Source of the DNA: Rhizophagus irregularis
Lineage: Eukaryota
DNA length: 64,000 nt
Direction of reading: 5' to 3'
Assembly (NCBI RefSeq): GCF_026210795.1
Contig: NC_089436.1
Coordinates: 2,294,001-2,358,000 of the forward strand
Numbering within the stretch: position 1 is the first letter of the stretch; the number at the start of each line of letters is the position of its first letter. A model generated the notes under the pieces. It was not told where the DNA came from and ran no database searches. It saw nothing but the letters and a program-made list of their open reading frames with translations. Of this stretch, positions 1 through 14,599 are shown one piece after another. Made by a program: the position numbers and the translations under genes.

Positions 1-406
1 TGAAGATAAATGATACTTGGATCAAGCACTCCATAGCAATTATCTTTTTTCGTACACTGTATTACATTTTTACAAAGTACAAAGCGTACAAAGCCAATAC
101 CAAATAGACAGAAATCAGTAGCTGTTTTCTATACTACGATAATATTAAATAAACACACAAATTTTTTTAAAGATCGTACAAATATCGGTGACCGATATAT
201 ATTAGATAACGGATCGGTGACTAATAGTTTGGATATCGGACACTTGGTAATTTACATTTTTTTAACCATATTTGAAATTTGCGCATTATGTGACAAATCG
301 GGTACCCGATATGTTGTTAATATGTAAAAATGCCCGATATGTACCTAATTAGTCACCGATATATAGGTACCCGATATGTGTGAGATAGATCGTTTTTTGA
401 CCTGTG
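1..406. mobile_element. End of a CACTA/CMC-like DNA transposon (terminus ...TTTTGACCTGTG)
   Basis: Subterminal (C)CGATAT/ATATCGG repeats at 180-380; terminus and subterminal block resemble 12820-13013. Confidence 0.65.
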
Positions 407-541
407 TATGTTTGTCTATAGTAAAATATCATCAGACTCTCTCCTGAATTTTTCAAAAATGAAAATTTCCGACAAAAATATTTTTTTTATTATTTTTAAA
501 CTACTAATAAAATTTATATTCCCAACCCAAAGTCCTCTAAT

Positions 542-2486
542 ATGTCTGGTAACTATGCCAAGAGAGGCCGTGGAAGTTATAACCCTAACAGTAGAAAAGT
601 TTTCTGTCAAGAATGAAAAAATAATAATAACTCTGATAACTCAAGCTCCGATGGTGAAAACACTGTCCAGCAAAAACATAATCGTACGATTACCAAAAAT
701 TCTATGGATGAAGATTACATTGCCAACGTCCAGGCGGCTGATGTTGGAACCTCCTCCCCAAAAAAATCTGCTGTGCCAACTGCGTCCAGTCATGTCACGT
801 CTTCTGGAAATGTGGACGCGTCTATGCAGATCTAGTGGTGACTCTCGCCATAACCAGAGATGATTTTTAGGCTGCGGCTATGCCAAATGCTGCCAAATAA
901 TTTACTACTAATAAGGCTCTTATCGAGGCTGTTAATAATCTTTTTTAGAAACCTATGAGTCATACACTGGCAAAGCGCGTATGACTGGTTCTGGCCTTGT
1001 TATTCATTTCCATACAGCTGAAGCACGTGATATATGCGTTAGTTCCACCCATTCTGAGTTCCCTGATCTAATATTCCATGCACATGATCCTCGCCAACTC
1101 CAATCTAATGAAGATCTCTGAGCTATCCAAGTTACCGATATTCCGTTCTTTATTAAAAAAGACAACCTGATGGCTTATTTCAAGAAATTTGGAAATATTA
1201 CCTCCTGCTGCCTTTTTCTAGACCCAATGCAAAAGTACAGCAAACCCACATTGTATATGACAATGCTGATTCAATTGCCCGTTTTACTGATCAATAGGCC
1301 ATTTACTGTTTCTCCACCTGTCTCTGTATCACTCTGTGCTATTATTCCGTGAACCAAAGGCTGCGCGCCATCAATTTGTTGCCACCCTCACTCTAACGTT
1401 GAAGATATTAACCTTGCTCCCCTTACCCGTGAACTTGGCGCTAAAGCTGTCAACGTTTCGCTTTTCCTGAATTTCTACAAACCCAAACGATGGGCATATG
1501 TCACCTTCAATTCTTAGGAAACCATGGATGCTGCTATGAAACAAACTGTCAGCTTCCAAGGCAAGGTGCTTTTCTGGTCTTCCCCAGATAATTCTAACAA
1601 ACTTTGTCACAGATGTGGTAAACTAGGCTGTGCTCTGAATTTTTGTCCACTCAAGCTAACCAGAGGACGTACTTGTACTCGAGATCCAGTGGAAAAACTC
1701 AAAGAACGCTTTAATGTCAATCAACCTCATCACTCTAACTCCAATGTCAACACACGTCCTCGCTCCTGATCTCACTCAAAATCTAGAGATCATTCATCCT
1801 CTACTTCAAGACGTGATAATAACACTACAAATAGACATAATAATAATAATAATAATCATACCAATTCCAATCCCGCTTCTTCCCAACATGCTCGTCACAA
1901 CAGTAAAGAATGTTCGGTCTCTTTTTCCTCCTCTTCTCGTTCTACAGCACGTCCTTTGCCTCACCAAACCCTTAATTCTGCGTTATCTCTTGAAGATGCT
2001 AATAATATCCTAAACCTTCTACGCGAATTACAATGTGAAGTTGCTAACTTTCACAAACGCATCTCTGCTCTCAAACTTGCAGACCAGCAGATGACTCAGA
2101 TTGAATCACACCTTGGCCTCGATCCAATTCCTACACCCAATGAACCTGACTTGGATCTCATGCAAGAAGACGCTCCTATATCCCATGTTCCACTCAACAT
2201 TCAGCCTTCAGCTAAATCTTCCTCACCTCCAAAAAGTATTTTAACGCAGCCTTGACCACCCTCAACTACCATTGCTCCTACCACACCACACTCCCCTTTT
2301 CTGCTTTTCCCCAATGCTCCTCTTTCCACTCCTACATCCTCCATGCAAGAAGAAATTAATGATCTCAAGAATAGTAGAGTTGTTATTGAAAGCAAATTGG
2401 ACTTGCTCACTGGAAGTATTCATAAGTTCATTAGCTCCATTGGTGGCGCTCCCCCGGATCAAGCTGGTTCAGCTTCTTCCGTTTAA
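542..2486 (+). pseudogene. LINE A ORF1 (gag-like, zinc knuckle)
   Basis: Starts MSGNYAKRGRG; knuckle-like CHRCGKLGCALNFC at ~1605-1650; frameshifts and stops. Confidence 0.75.
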
Positions 2487-5152
2487 TTTTCTTCTTTCCA
2501 TTTTATCTCCCTGACTATTTTTATCATTGTGTTCTAATGTCGGACAATAATTTTAATTATGACACTTTTGTACGAAACCCTCCTAATTTTGATAATGTTA
2601 CTGAAATTTTTTCATATGAATCTTTATTTTCTTCTCCCAGTAACACTTCCTCTATCCCCAATTCATTTAATATTTCTTCTTTTAATGTTAATGGCCTTAA
2701 ATGCATGGTCAAACTAAAATAGAACAAACTTCTTCTTTCTTTTCTCTTAAACATATTTCTTTTGGTGGTATAGTTGATACCCATCTTCACCCTAAACAAA
2801 TGAAGTTTTTATCCAAACGTATTGTTAATTATACTATATTTTCTTCGGAATTGGATACTTCTAAACAAATTCTTTCCTCTGGTGGTGTTTCTCTTTTTAT
2901 TGAAAATTCCCTTGCTTCTCATGTTCAAGATTTTAAATCTCATTCCTCGCGTTTGCTCTCTGTTGATTTATATTTTAAAGGCAACGTGAAATTGCGCATA
3001 TTTGTTGTTTATATTCCCCTCCTGCTGAAAGTGCTTTGTGCTCTGACACTATTGATTTGCTTATTCAACAACTTGTTCTTACTAATAAGCAAGCTGGCTT
3101 TTATCATGCTATTTGATGTGATTTTAATATGCATTTAGATAAATATTATCCTATTTATTTTAATCTACCTCAACTTGCTTCTAAGCATATTCACCGATTA
3201 TTTTATCATCTCCTTTCTCATGGATATGAAGACTATACTCCTATTAATCTTTCTGATTCCTTAGGTACCTTTCATCGCAATGACCAAATTACACATGTTG
3301 ATTATGTATGGTCTTGCCTTCTTCTCAAAGGATTCGCTTTCACTGCCTGCATCTTTGATGCCCAAGACATTTGTACATTTGATCATAATCCTGTTATTAC
3401 ATATTATGATATGTCTTTATTATTTGCTTCTACCAAATTGGCTCGCGCTTGACAACTTAAACGCCAAACCCGCTGCGTCTTCAAATTCGATTCTGTTACT
3501 GAATCCCAATGGACAGAATTCACTGATAAAGCCGTTTTATGTGACGTCTTACCTTCAACCTTTTCCTCCTGGCATATCAATCAAATGTGCGAATATCTCC
3601 AATCATGTATCCTTAAAGCTGCCAAAGCTACTTTACCTTCTTCTCCAGTTGGCAATAATTATACTCCCAAGATCCCTAAGGAACTGGAAATATTAACTCA
3701 ACATTATCAGGTTTTAAATCGCCTAATGCACTCAATACGTCTGCTGCGCAAATATCCTTTAACTTATTCTGCCGCTTACGAACATAAGTGGTCTATTCAT
3801 TTGATTAGACTTCAAAAAATTCTTCACTTGTATAAGAAAGTTTTCGCTTTCATTCCTACTTTACCCGTTTCTATTTCATCATGTCGACAAGATGATTTTA
3901 AATCACTTCTTGAAATTTTATCCAACATCTCAAAATCCTTACGGGGATTTCATTTGCTTCAAGAAAAAGAATTTCAAGACTCTTCCATCCGTGCTCGTTT
4001 GGATGACAGAAATAATAATTTTGAAACTGATCTTTCTTCCTTTATCAATTCAGCACTTTCTTGCACTCATCGTTGTATTACTTTGGACTGTGTCTTTTTG
4101 GACCATCCCACTCATCCTCAACTCCTCACTGATCCCAAGGACATTGAGTTGACTATTTCCAAAACTTTATGCTGATTAAGTCCAACCCTCCTACCTCTAT
4201 CAATGCATTACCAGATAGATGGTCCTCTGCATATCAACCTATGGATGATGTGTCCTCCTCCATCTATGATTCTTTGATGAATCCCTACTCTTGACGAATG
4301 GTTATCCACAGTGTCCTCATTTTGATCCAAGCCTGCCTCTCCAAAGCTGATATTCCCGACTTATGGTGACAAGCAATGGTTTTTCCCATCCCCAAACCTC
4401 ACGAATGGAAGTGTCAATTAAAAAACACTTGTCCTATCACCTTACTTGAAGTGATTAAAAAATCTCTTGTCAAACTTTTCTACAATCGCCTTTCTGCTAT
4501 TTTGGCCTCACATGATGTTCTTAAAGGTGGAAACTTCGCTGGTCTACCTGGTCGTTCTTGCCGTGACCCTATCATTACCTTAACCATGATGCTGATGTTA
4601 ACAAAAACCCACTTTGGATACTTTCTCACAATGTTACGGTTTGCTCTTGAACATATACACCTTCCTGCTTCTGCAGTCAAATTTATCCTTTCACTTTTCA
4701 TGAAACGCACCAACAGCGTTTTCACTGCTCATGGATCTACTCCTGCTTATAGGGTTCGCATTGGTATTGACCAAGGCGAAGTTATTTCCCATCTTTTATG
4801 GGTTATTTATATTGATCCTTTACTTACTGTTTTGAAGAACGAAAAGATGGACCCTTATGTTCTTTCTACACCCTCTTTAATTGCCTCTCAAGATTCTTTT
4901 CCTGATTTGCTGATCAATAATTTAGTATTTATGGATGACTCGACCTGCAAAGCTCTCTGCCAAACAAGTCGTGTATTCACATAATGCCGTTCTTATTCCA
5001 AAACTTGAATATCGGATGCAAATTACTCAGTATACATTCTGTTGTCAAGCTTTGGGTTTGATTAATTTGTTTGCTCATCAACGACAATGTCATATTACTA
5101 ATTTATTTTTAATGGCTAATTCTTATTCTTTTATTCAATCTCTTTTTATATA

Positions 5153-7166
5153 CACTGGCCTACAAAAAGTATTCAGATTTTTTTTTTATTTATAAAATTT
5201 ATATGTAAAATTTATAATTTTATGTACATATAAAAAATTTTTTCGTACTTATTAATTGACAAATAAATTTTATTATATTAAAATATAAAATATAAAGTTA
5301 TTATACGAAAAATATTATAGCTAAAAAATTAATATTTAGTATGGCCACCTTTGGCTTTAATTACTGCTTTAACCCGATTAGGCATACTTAAAATTAGGCT
5401 ATATCATGTTTCAATAGTGATTTTCCGCCATTCCTCTTGTACTGCCCAATTAACTCCTGTTTAGACTTAGGCAAAGCTTTTTTTTAAGAACCTGATAATC
5501 CAAATAGTTCTACAGGTTTTCGATCGGGTTTAGATCAGGGCTCTGTGCCACCCAGTCTAAAATCGGAATACTATGCGTTCTCATCCACCAAACACTGTAA
5601 GTTGAAGTATGACAAGATGCTCCATCTTGTTGAAAAATGGAGTTAGGGTAATTGTCAACCCATGGGATAAAATGGTTAGCCAGAATATTAACGTATTCAT
5701 CAGAATCCATATTTACCTCCACTACAACCAAAAAACCAACTCCATGCCAACCAAAACACCCCAAAACATTACTGATCCTCCCCCAAACTTAACTGTAGGT
5801 TGAATACAATCTTTATTGTATGTTTCTCCAGGACTTCTCCATACTCTTGCTTGACCATCTGATTGAAAAAGAGCAAATCTTGACTCATCTGACCATACCA
5901 CTTGTTTCCACTCCTCTATCCAATTTTTTTTTTCTTTACACTATTTCAAACGGTCAGTTCGATGTTTTGCAGTCAAATGAGGTTTTTTTCGGACAGTATA
6001 ACTTCCAAGACCTTCACTATGAAGGCAACTTCTGATTGTATTATGGTGTAAAGTTGCGTCAAGACTGGTATTTAGCCTGTTTGTCACATCACCTAAAGGA
6101 GAAAACCGGTCAGTTCGGATTAGGGATAGAAATCAATTCTAATTTTGAGAATCGATTATAGAATCGACTAATCGCGATTAACCGAATCTTAAAATTCGAT
6201 TTAAAAATTCGATTTTCGGTTTCGATTAATCGATTCTAATCGATATTATGTACATAAAAATCATGACATTTGGGATGTCACAATTTGGATGATCATGGTT
6301 TTTACGTAAAATCGAAATTTTTTTTATTCTTTTAATATTTACATTATGATTGTCACTCTTGAAAATGGTCAATTTGGCTAATAATCATGAATTTTCATTC
6401 AATAGGCCAAATCGACCACTTTCTAAGTCAAATTGACCAATTTTAACCATTAAAAATAGTTTCACTTAAGCAAAAGCCTTTGTGCAGTAATAAACGCGTG
6501 TATTCCCTATTGATTGTTAGTTTTGTACCGCCTTGTAACCAAAAAATTCTAAGTTACACGAAGTTAATTCCGGCCGAGCTTTAATGCCAGCCGGAATTAA
6601 AATTTTATTTAATCGTTAAAACACAAATTTTTTATATTATTTTAAGCCAAACAAACAATTGACTAAGACCATAAAAGGTCATAAGAATGAAAAAATTGTT
6701 TAGGCGTCAGATTCGATTTTTTTATGCGATTTTCGATTAATCGATTCAGAAACGATTTTCGATTAATTCGACTATTGCAGAATCGATTCCAATCCCTAGT
6801 TCGGATGATACGTTTTAAAGCTCGGGTATCACGTTCAGTGAGAACTTTTGGTCTTCTAGAACGTTTCTTAGGTTCTGTAGAACCTGTTTCTTTATACTTT
6901 TTTATAATATCATTTACAGTACTGGTCGGAATACCAAACTGAGTAGAAATAACTCTTTGCCTGATACCACTAAGATATGCGCCAATAATTCGTTTCCGGT
7001 GGGTCTTTGAAACTTCTTTTCCACGCATTTAAAACTAGAAGAGGAGTGAAAAATAAATATTTTGTTATCTCCTTTATTTATATGTGTGATAGGGAGAAAT
7101 CGCCGATTGTAACACAGAGGCGCAAAATCACGTGATGAAAATCTGAATACTTTTTGTAGGCCAGTG
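5153..7166 (-). mobile_element. Tc1/mariner element nested in LINE A
   Basis: TIR CACTGGCCTACAAAAAGTATTCAGATTT at both ends, TA TSD; transposase HTH (7028-6800) and FQQDGASCH...SPDLNPIENL (5764-5510). Confidence 0.95.
6121..6798. mobile_element. hAT-type MITE interrupting the Tc1 transposase
   Basis: TAGGGAT...ATCCCTA ends, 8-bp TSD GTTCGGAT, AATCGATT subterminal repeats. Confidence 0.9.
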
Positions 7167-7526
7167 TATAGATTGTGTTTACTTCAATATAATTTTTTGA
7201 TTCCTATTTCTCCCCTTTTAATTAAGGACTGGTCTATCTGGTCTTCTCTTCTTTCTTTCAAGAAGGATTATATTGTATGCATTATTGCTCTCTTGAATTC
7301 TACTCTCTTTCGCTTGTCTCAAGCTCAACTGTCAAAGCTGCCAAATTTATCTTCATTTGATGGTTACATCCCTTTATTTGAATGCATGACACCCAAAGCT
7401 TTCAAAGCTTATTATCATATCTTACGTAAATGACAGCTGTTTTATTTATCTCACCTTGTAACTCCTCAAGGCACCCATTTAATCTCTTGGAAGGCTTATT
7501 ATGATAATTTGGTTGGAGGTCATATT

Positions 7527-7770
7527 TAAGGTTGCTTGCCGAAACCTAGGGGTTTAGGCAAGATGGCGTTTCACCAAAAAGTGAAATTCTGCTGAAACTA
7601 TATTAAAGTTATATTAAAAAACTGGCGAAACTTTGGAGAAAGGCGAAACTGCCGAAACTTATTATAAATGTCAAAACTGCTGAAACTCTGCCGAAACTAT
7701 AATAAATCTATAGTAAAATTTTGATGAAACTAATCGTAGGATTTTGAAGAGGTTTAGACAAGCAACCTTA
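7527..7770. mobile_element. hAT-type MITE, TAAGGTTGC family copy 1
   Basis: TAAGGTTGCTTG...CAAGCAACCTTA, 8-bp TSD GTCATATT. Confidence 0.95.
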
Positions 7771-9969
7771 GTCATATTCCTTATTGGTATAAAGATATCC
7801 AACGACAAACCACTACTCCTGATACTAATAATCGTTTAATTGATGAATACATCATCCCTCTACCTGCGAACGACTCCTCATTCTATGAATTTGAATCCTG
7901 ACTTTCTTCTCCTCCTACTACCATGAACTGGATTGTCATGTTGAATGAATTTGGTTCTCCTTTCTTTGGTAAAAGACTTTTGGTTCAAGGATTTCTCCTG
8001 ATTGCGAATCCTTGCCTGGTGACCTCATTAAACCTTTTCCCTGCCCTAGTTGTGCTGCTCATACTCCTTTACTTCCTTCTAAAAGACGGAATGCTGATTT
8101 AACTCTTTGCACACCAAAGGTCTCTTTACAACATTTGCTTTTACGTGGGCTGATATAGAAGATGGTGTTTGTCTCCATTATAATAGATGGGATATTGTTC
8201 CTGATTTTTCTGCTGTAGACGCCATTGAGGTTCCTGTTATCCCTACCACTATTGAATCCTCAGCTGCCACTGTCTTTGTTAACTCTCCTTTAATCCCTTC
8301 TATGGATTCACGATACATCTTTTTCACTAATGGGTCACTTATTAGCTTAGGAACTCCTGATGTCTCTATAGGCTGGTCTTGGATGCAAATTGTACCAGAT
8401 GCTGCTTTCCCAACTCTATTGCTACTTATGCACATGGCATTATTTGGGATAATCCCTCTTATCTATGCAGTTTTAACTATCACTCCTCGCGACTCAGAAG
8501 TTACTATTTATACTGACTCGCAAACTGCCATTGATGGCCTCTGAAGTTGTTTTTCTTCTACCTACTCTAATAGCCGGCTTTATTATAAAACTACGAACTT
8601 TTAAGGCCCATTCTGGCAATTATTTGAATGATTTTGCTGTGGCCAACACTGCTTATACTTCTCCATCCAGTATTTTGATCTCTGGCTTGGATCTTGCTTC
8701 TGCCCACGATTTTGTCTTAACCTATGATAACAATGTCATCTGCGAATCCAATCCGAGACATCTTCTTAAGAAACGCAGTTGATGCGTAATTTATTACAAT
8801 TAACACGTTTTCACTTTACTTCTTTATCATCATCCAATATAGATTATATTGTTGATTGGGATCTCACTTGGTTTACTTTGAAATTTGAACCTTCTCATGA
8901 CGCATCTTTCACTTATGAACATGCTTCGCGGCACCACACCTTCAAATTTAAACTTTTCTTGGATGAATTACCCATGTTGGAAAAGCTTAAAAGAGCACGT
9001 CCAGACTTATACATGGACGAATTAACTTGTCGTTCCTGTATCGACCACATGGAAGATTTAATGCACCTGTTTATGTGCAAAAGACGTCACTTACCTATGC
9101 ATCAAATCCTCCAATCTTATCAAAATCATTTGATCTCCAAAATTCAAGAAGCTGGAAAATTGGCTAACATTGATCCTGCTCCGTTTATTATTAAACTCAC
9201 CTCTCTCTTATGCTGGTCCTTTTCCTATACAAATTAGTCCTCCTATGCCCTTGTCCGTGGTTGTCTACCCAAGCTCTTTGTTGACTTATTTGTCGACTTG
9301 TCTATTCCTTGAAATTCTGCAATAAAGGTTATCGCTGCTATCCATAACAATTTTGTTCAAAAATTCAGAAAACGAATTTGGAATTCGTGTTCTTATGAGA
9401 CCTATCAATGGGAAAACGCGATGAATATTACTTATAAGTTGAAATCTACTCCAAGGCTGTCTAATTTGCCACTGTCAACCTACATGATTCACGTGACTCT
9501 AGTACCGATTGGTTGAAAAACTCGATGAAATATGGTTTGCCTTGGTTTAATCACTTTTCAGGTTTTATGGGTCGTCTAACGGTGCTACTTAATAACAGCT
9601 TTTGCAGGATGGAGTGTCAATTTTTATAGTGGGCGCGCTATTCGTTATTTTGTTAGCATAGTTGCTTCTACTTTGGTTGGAATATATCAAGGGGGAAGAT
9701 CTGGGGAAATTTAGTGTAATGCGATTTTTCTTTTTTAGATTAATTTTTTTTTACTTTATTTTTTCTTAGGAGACTATATAGCTTTGTTTTTAGTTAGTTT
9801 TATTTTTTATTTTTCTTTTTATTTTTGTAAATTGTAAAGTTCGAATAAATTTAATAAAGATAAAGGCTACTATGCCATATTTGCCTATAGTAAAATATCA
9901 TCCAAAGTGACTTACGGCATTAATTAATAAAATTCAAGCTCAAGCTATGTTTGTCTATAGTAAAATATC

Positions 9970-12900
9970 GGATAGATATTATACATTTATCAGATAGTGC
10001 CGATATACAGTACATGTCTAAAGTATACCTAATAGGCTTAATAGGCTAATAGCTATAATTTACTGATTTTATTATTGAACGCATATCAAAAATGATATTT
10101 ATTTAATGCAATAATATGAATGCTAATAAATTTATAATTTAAATTCAATTATAATATTAATTTATTTATTTAATTGTTAATTAATTACAAATAAATAAAA
10201 TTACAAAAAATCATATAAAAATTATTCTAGCTATATAAAAAATTAGAATTATGTGTATCAAATATATTTTTATCTGTTTAATATTTAAAAGAAAGAAATA
10301 GAAATAGTAAAGTATTTTAGTAATAAAGATATTAGTATGAATAATATTAAACAAAATTGTTAAAGAAAAGGAATAGTATTAGAAAATGTTAGTAAAAAAA
10401 AAGAAAAATAAAATGGATAGAAAATGTTAGTATGTTTAGTAGTATTAGTAGAAACAAACGTTAGATTAGAAAAAAGAAAGAGTATTAAAAAAAATATTAA
10501 TAATATAAATAAAATTAGTAAAAAATATACCTTTATATTTATTCCAGTTTTATTACACCTCTTTTTTTGAAGTTTGCTATTTAAAGAGAAAATAGATCTT
10601 GTTATTATATTTTTTTTAATAAAATAAAAAAATAAATATTTAAGATTTGGGATTAGATCCGGATGACCATTTAGAAATAGGATCAGATCACTAGATACAA
10701 ATACCTTTTTCTGAGTTTTATTAAATTGGCCATTTTTGGTTTTTTTGATTTTATTGAATTGGCCGTTTTAGATTTTATTAAATCAGATACAGAGGTAGAG
10801 ATTTCAATTTTAGTTTTTTTGGATTTTATTAAATCAGACACGGAGGCAGAAGTTTCAATTTTACTTTTCTTGGGTTTTACTAAATTAGAAACAGAGGTAG
10901 AGGTTTAAAGGTTTCAATTTTACTTTTTTTATTATTCATTTTGTATTTTATGAAATAGCTAAGAAAGTTAAGGTTACAATTACTCAAATGAAAAGTACGC
11001 TTATTAAAAAATTTTCAAAAAAATCATCAATTCAATTTTCCGAAATCAGGTTCTTCAACACTTTTTTAGGATCAGGAACAAGTTTGCGTTCAATTCTTCA
11101 ATTTTGTGTTCAACCTTTCTTTTAGGATCAGATACACATTCAATTCTTTCTTAAGATTAAGATTAGTTTTGCATTTAATTCCTATTTCAAAATCAGTTTT
11201 GCGTTTTTGGTAAGATAAAATAAACGTTTAATTATTCTTTTAGATCAGATTCACGTGCAGTTCTTCAAAATCAAGTTCACGTATCTCGTATTACTCATTC
11301 GCGTAGTCAAATCTCAACAACTTCAAAATCTATAAATTTGCTTACAAATCTTTTTTCACAAATTCCTTTTCTCATTCAAAGCAATCAAAGTAGGCAATGA
11401 TGGATAGTGATCAAGAATTTACCTCCTCATCTTCCTCGTCCTTGTCAGACAATGCTATTCATTTGAATCAAAATATGTATCGAACAATTAAAGTAAGTAT
11501 TTTTTTATTATCTGTCATTGAATTTTTCCAAATATTTACGTTTATTTATTATTTATAGAAAGAAGTCTTTATCTGAGTAGATTCTGAATTAAAGAATATA
11601 TATGAGATCGATAGTGAACGTACGTGGCTTGAGCAGAAAGAAACTATCATTACAAAATTACTTCCACTGCTTTATAAGTTAGTCAACAAAAAGTATAATG
11701 TTTCAAATAGTGATATCTTAAAGATGTTACATGGACGTTGGCATTCATGCCATCATGTAAACAATATAAAGAAGCAAGGTGAAAATGGATAGGAGGAGAT
11801 TAAAGAAGAATTTAAGAACTATGGACATTAGTAACCATTTTATTAATATGAAGTGGGAATTTAGTTAATTTTATTTAATTTTATAATTATTTATTATTAT
11901 TAGAAAAAAAAAAAAGAGCTCAAGCAGCAAACTATTTAATAGAAAATAATGATAAATACATTCGTAGATATCCAGAAAAGGAGCTTGTACAAATTCTTAA
12001 GGAATTTGGTTATCATTCAGAGGAGTAGGAGGAAACCGATTCTGATGAAGAAAATGATATAATTGGTGAAGAATCTGCTGTTAAAGAAAAGACAATGTCA
12101 ATTCATATATATGAAACATGGTGGCGTTCTTCTGCAGTATGTACCATATATTTACGATTATTTTATTTATTTTATTTATTAATAGTAATTATTTATTAAA
12201 GCTTCAGCATTTATTACATGATCGGATTGATCCAACCGTTGAAAAACTGAGGAAAAAACCTCAAATTCTAAAAATTAAAAGAGTTTAAAGATGTAAAACA
12301 ACAACAAGTATGCTTCCAGTGGATGCACCAAATTGGTGTCTGACTGACGAGGCTTTTAAAAGATTTAATCGCTCAACAAATGAAATTTCAACATATGATT
12401 ATAATACTGATCAAGATGAAGAAAGTGACAAATATCATAATAATGAATATGAAAATAAAAAAATAAAAAATAAAAAAACAAAAAAAACAAAAAAAAGGGT
12501 AAAAAAACATAAAAATAATTAAATATTATGATTAAATACTTTTATTAGGTTTTTCTTATCAATTGGCATTTATACGAATTGATTAAAATAAAGTTGTATG
12601 TAAGATTAATTTGAACATTCAATCCAATTAATTTTAAAATACAATATGTATATTTTTAATATTTTCGTCAGTTATTCGTGATAAGTTATTTCTTAGAAAA
12701 AATAAAAAAAAATTGAAAATAAGGGATTTTATATGAATAAACGATTATCTTTAATATTAAAATACTTTTTTTAGTAATAATTTTAATATAACTCTTTGGA
12801 TTATAAAATAAATATTTTGCATATCGGTACCCGATATGTGTAAGATTGATTCAGTGTTACATATCAGTGACTAATCGTTTAGATATCGGGAATCTGATTT

Positions 12901-13013
12901 TTAGGCATATTTGATATGTTACATATCAGGTAATAAATGTCCGATATGTATCTAATTAGTCACTAATATATAGGTACCCAATATGTACCTGATAGCATCA
13001 ATTTTGACCAGTG
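9970..13013 (+). mobile_element. Body and right end of a CACTA/CMC-like element
   Basis: Ends TTTTGACCAGTG followed by ATT; matching other end at ~32000-32043 carries the same 3-bp TSD. Confidence 0.75.
11400..12522 (+). pseudogene. Intron-containing accessory ORF of the CACTA-like element
   Basis: MDSDQEFTSSSS... exons with GT-AG introns; GYHSEE, WWRSS, PVDAPNWCL motifs; internal stops. Confidence 0.5.
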
Positions 13014-13620
13014 ATTACTTGAAGTACTTTTTGAAAAAAATGATTTAAGACTCACATTAGGAATTTTTTGAATGTCGCCAGCTCAACAGGACTTATATCA
13101 ACGATTTTATGATGTAGTTTTAAATAATAACACCTGTAAAACTAACAAATACAAAGAATTTAATGATCTTAAAACTCAATGTTCTATGGAAAGTTTCGAA
13201 ATGTAGCAAATGCTTTAGTAAAGAATGAACTTTTTCAACATATGTTTGGATTTTGCAATGTTTAAAAAAGGCGACAGATGAATCATTCCAAAATCATTTT
13301 GGATAGACTCCAAACCTGGTCTAATTAATGCTACAGCATTTTTATTGTTTATTTTATATATGCCAAAATATTATTAAACATCTCAAATCAACATTAGGTG
13401 AAGATTTTCTTTCATTTAGTAAAGCATTTTATTCTTGTAGAAATATGTTAAATGTTGAATTATTATAAAAATGGAAAGATATGGTAGTGACATTTTTGGC
13501 ATGTTATAATTATATGACTAAAACACTATATTCTAATAGGATTAGTTAGGCTAAATGCTATACACCATTTCAGTATAATGCCAGTATCAAAGTGTTGAAT
13601 GATTCAATGGCATTAAATCT
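13014..13620 (+). pseudogene. MULE/FAR1-like transposase fragment (downstream part)
   Basis: Remnants LLEVLFEK, FYSCRN, AKCYTPFQYNA; continues the reading of the minus-strand fragment at 32044-32890. Confidence 0.65.
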
Positions 13621-13784
13621 TCAAATGTGAGTTGTGAGGATCTACACAACTCTTTCCCCCATATGGGCTAATCGGACGCATTAGCCAAATGTCACATTTA
13701 AAACAATGTGATATGATTATATGGTTTTGTGAACGCCAATGATTTGATAAACTAGTAATACACAAACTTTTGTTTAACCAAAAA

Positions 13785-14470
13785 ATGAACACGACGCAGC
13801 CTTCACATACGCCTACTAGTAAATTTCCTTGTCCATTATGTCAATTTTTAAATAATAAAAGTACTTTATATACAAAGAATAGGCTTTCTTTACATCAGCG
13901 AAAATTTCTGGAATTCACTCTTGTTACGAATAGAAAAAAAACTTTCATACCATAGATCGGGAGGTGGTAATAGAAAAATAATATTTGAACCCTTTAATGA
14001 AGAATTATTTGTTAGGATATTCTCTCAGGAAGAAAACTTTACATTTATTTCTTACTTGAATATTATATAAATGTGTTTTTACTGGAGAACTAGGATATAA
14101 ACGCTTGGGTTCTTTATTTGATTGTGAAGATTGGGGAGAAAAAAAGCATACAAGTGGCACTAAAGCATATGTATTTATGGAAGATAAAGAGAGGCAAAAA
14201 GAAGTTTCTTTTGTTTGGTCTGACTATGTAGTTATTAGAAACCGAGTGGGTAAAGAACCTTTAACTTTACATAGTTTAAAATTAGTAGTTTTTTTTAATG
14301 TTTTAACTGGTTATTTTGTGCAAAATCAAGATAATATGTTGAATTTTTTGGAGGAGTGTGAAGATTGTATAGTTGAAAAATTGGAAGGTAAATTTTTTTT
14401 TGAAAAGTTCATTATAAATTTACTTATAACTTCAATTCACACTCATTAATTTATTATTTTATATAGGAAA
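13785..14470 (+). pseudogene. Partner gene of CATATG element (N-terminal C2H2-like finger plus unknown domain)
   Basis: FPCPLC...LSLHQR; GYKRLGSLFDCEDWGEKKHTSGTKAYVFM homologous to 61119-61677. Confidence 0.75.
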
Positions 14471-14599
14471 TTCTAATTTAGAAATATTCATTTAAAAAAT
14501 TATTATGTACATAGATTTTTTAGAAAATTGGTGTTTGTAAAAATTTAGAGAAAAATTGTTTAAGAAATATTAAAACTTTTAAAAAAATTCATTCTTTTA

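Larger units (their letters stand above)
2537..9630 (+). pseudogene. LINE A ORF2: AP endonuclease, reverse transcriptase, RNase H, C-terminal zinc finger
   Basis: SFNVNGL, GGVSLFI, VDYVW, DHNPV (APE); PIPKPHEW, GIDQGEVIS, FMDD (RT); FFTNGS, IYTDSQ, KAHSGN (RNase H); CRSC...HLFMC. Confidence 0.9.
431..9945 (+). mobile_element. Non-LTR retrotransposon (LINE) A, full length, decayed
   Basis: 24-bp direct repeat TATGTTTGTCTATAGTAAAATATC at 407-430 and 9946-9969; ORF1 and ORF2 remnants between. Confidence 0.9.

Noticed and set aside
411..436. CTGATGA on the minus strand as a hammerhead core, or snRNA-like target site
   Set aside because: No supporting stems or properly placed GAAA; no match to snRNA motifs I can verify.
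408..863. 151-aa ORF at the start of LINE A
   Set aside because: Non-ATG-quality alternative frame across the UTR and ORF1; the plausible ORF1 starts at 542 in another frame.
10726..10925. 60-aa ORF with 16-aa repeats
   Set aside because: Product of a ~48-bp tandem repeat inside the CACTA-like remnant; no support as a gene.
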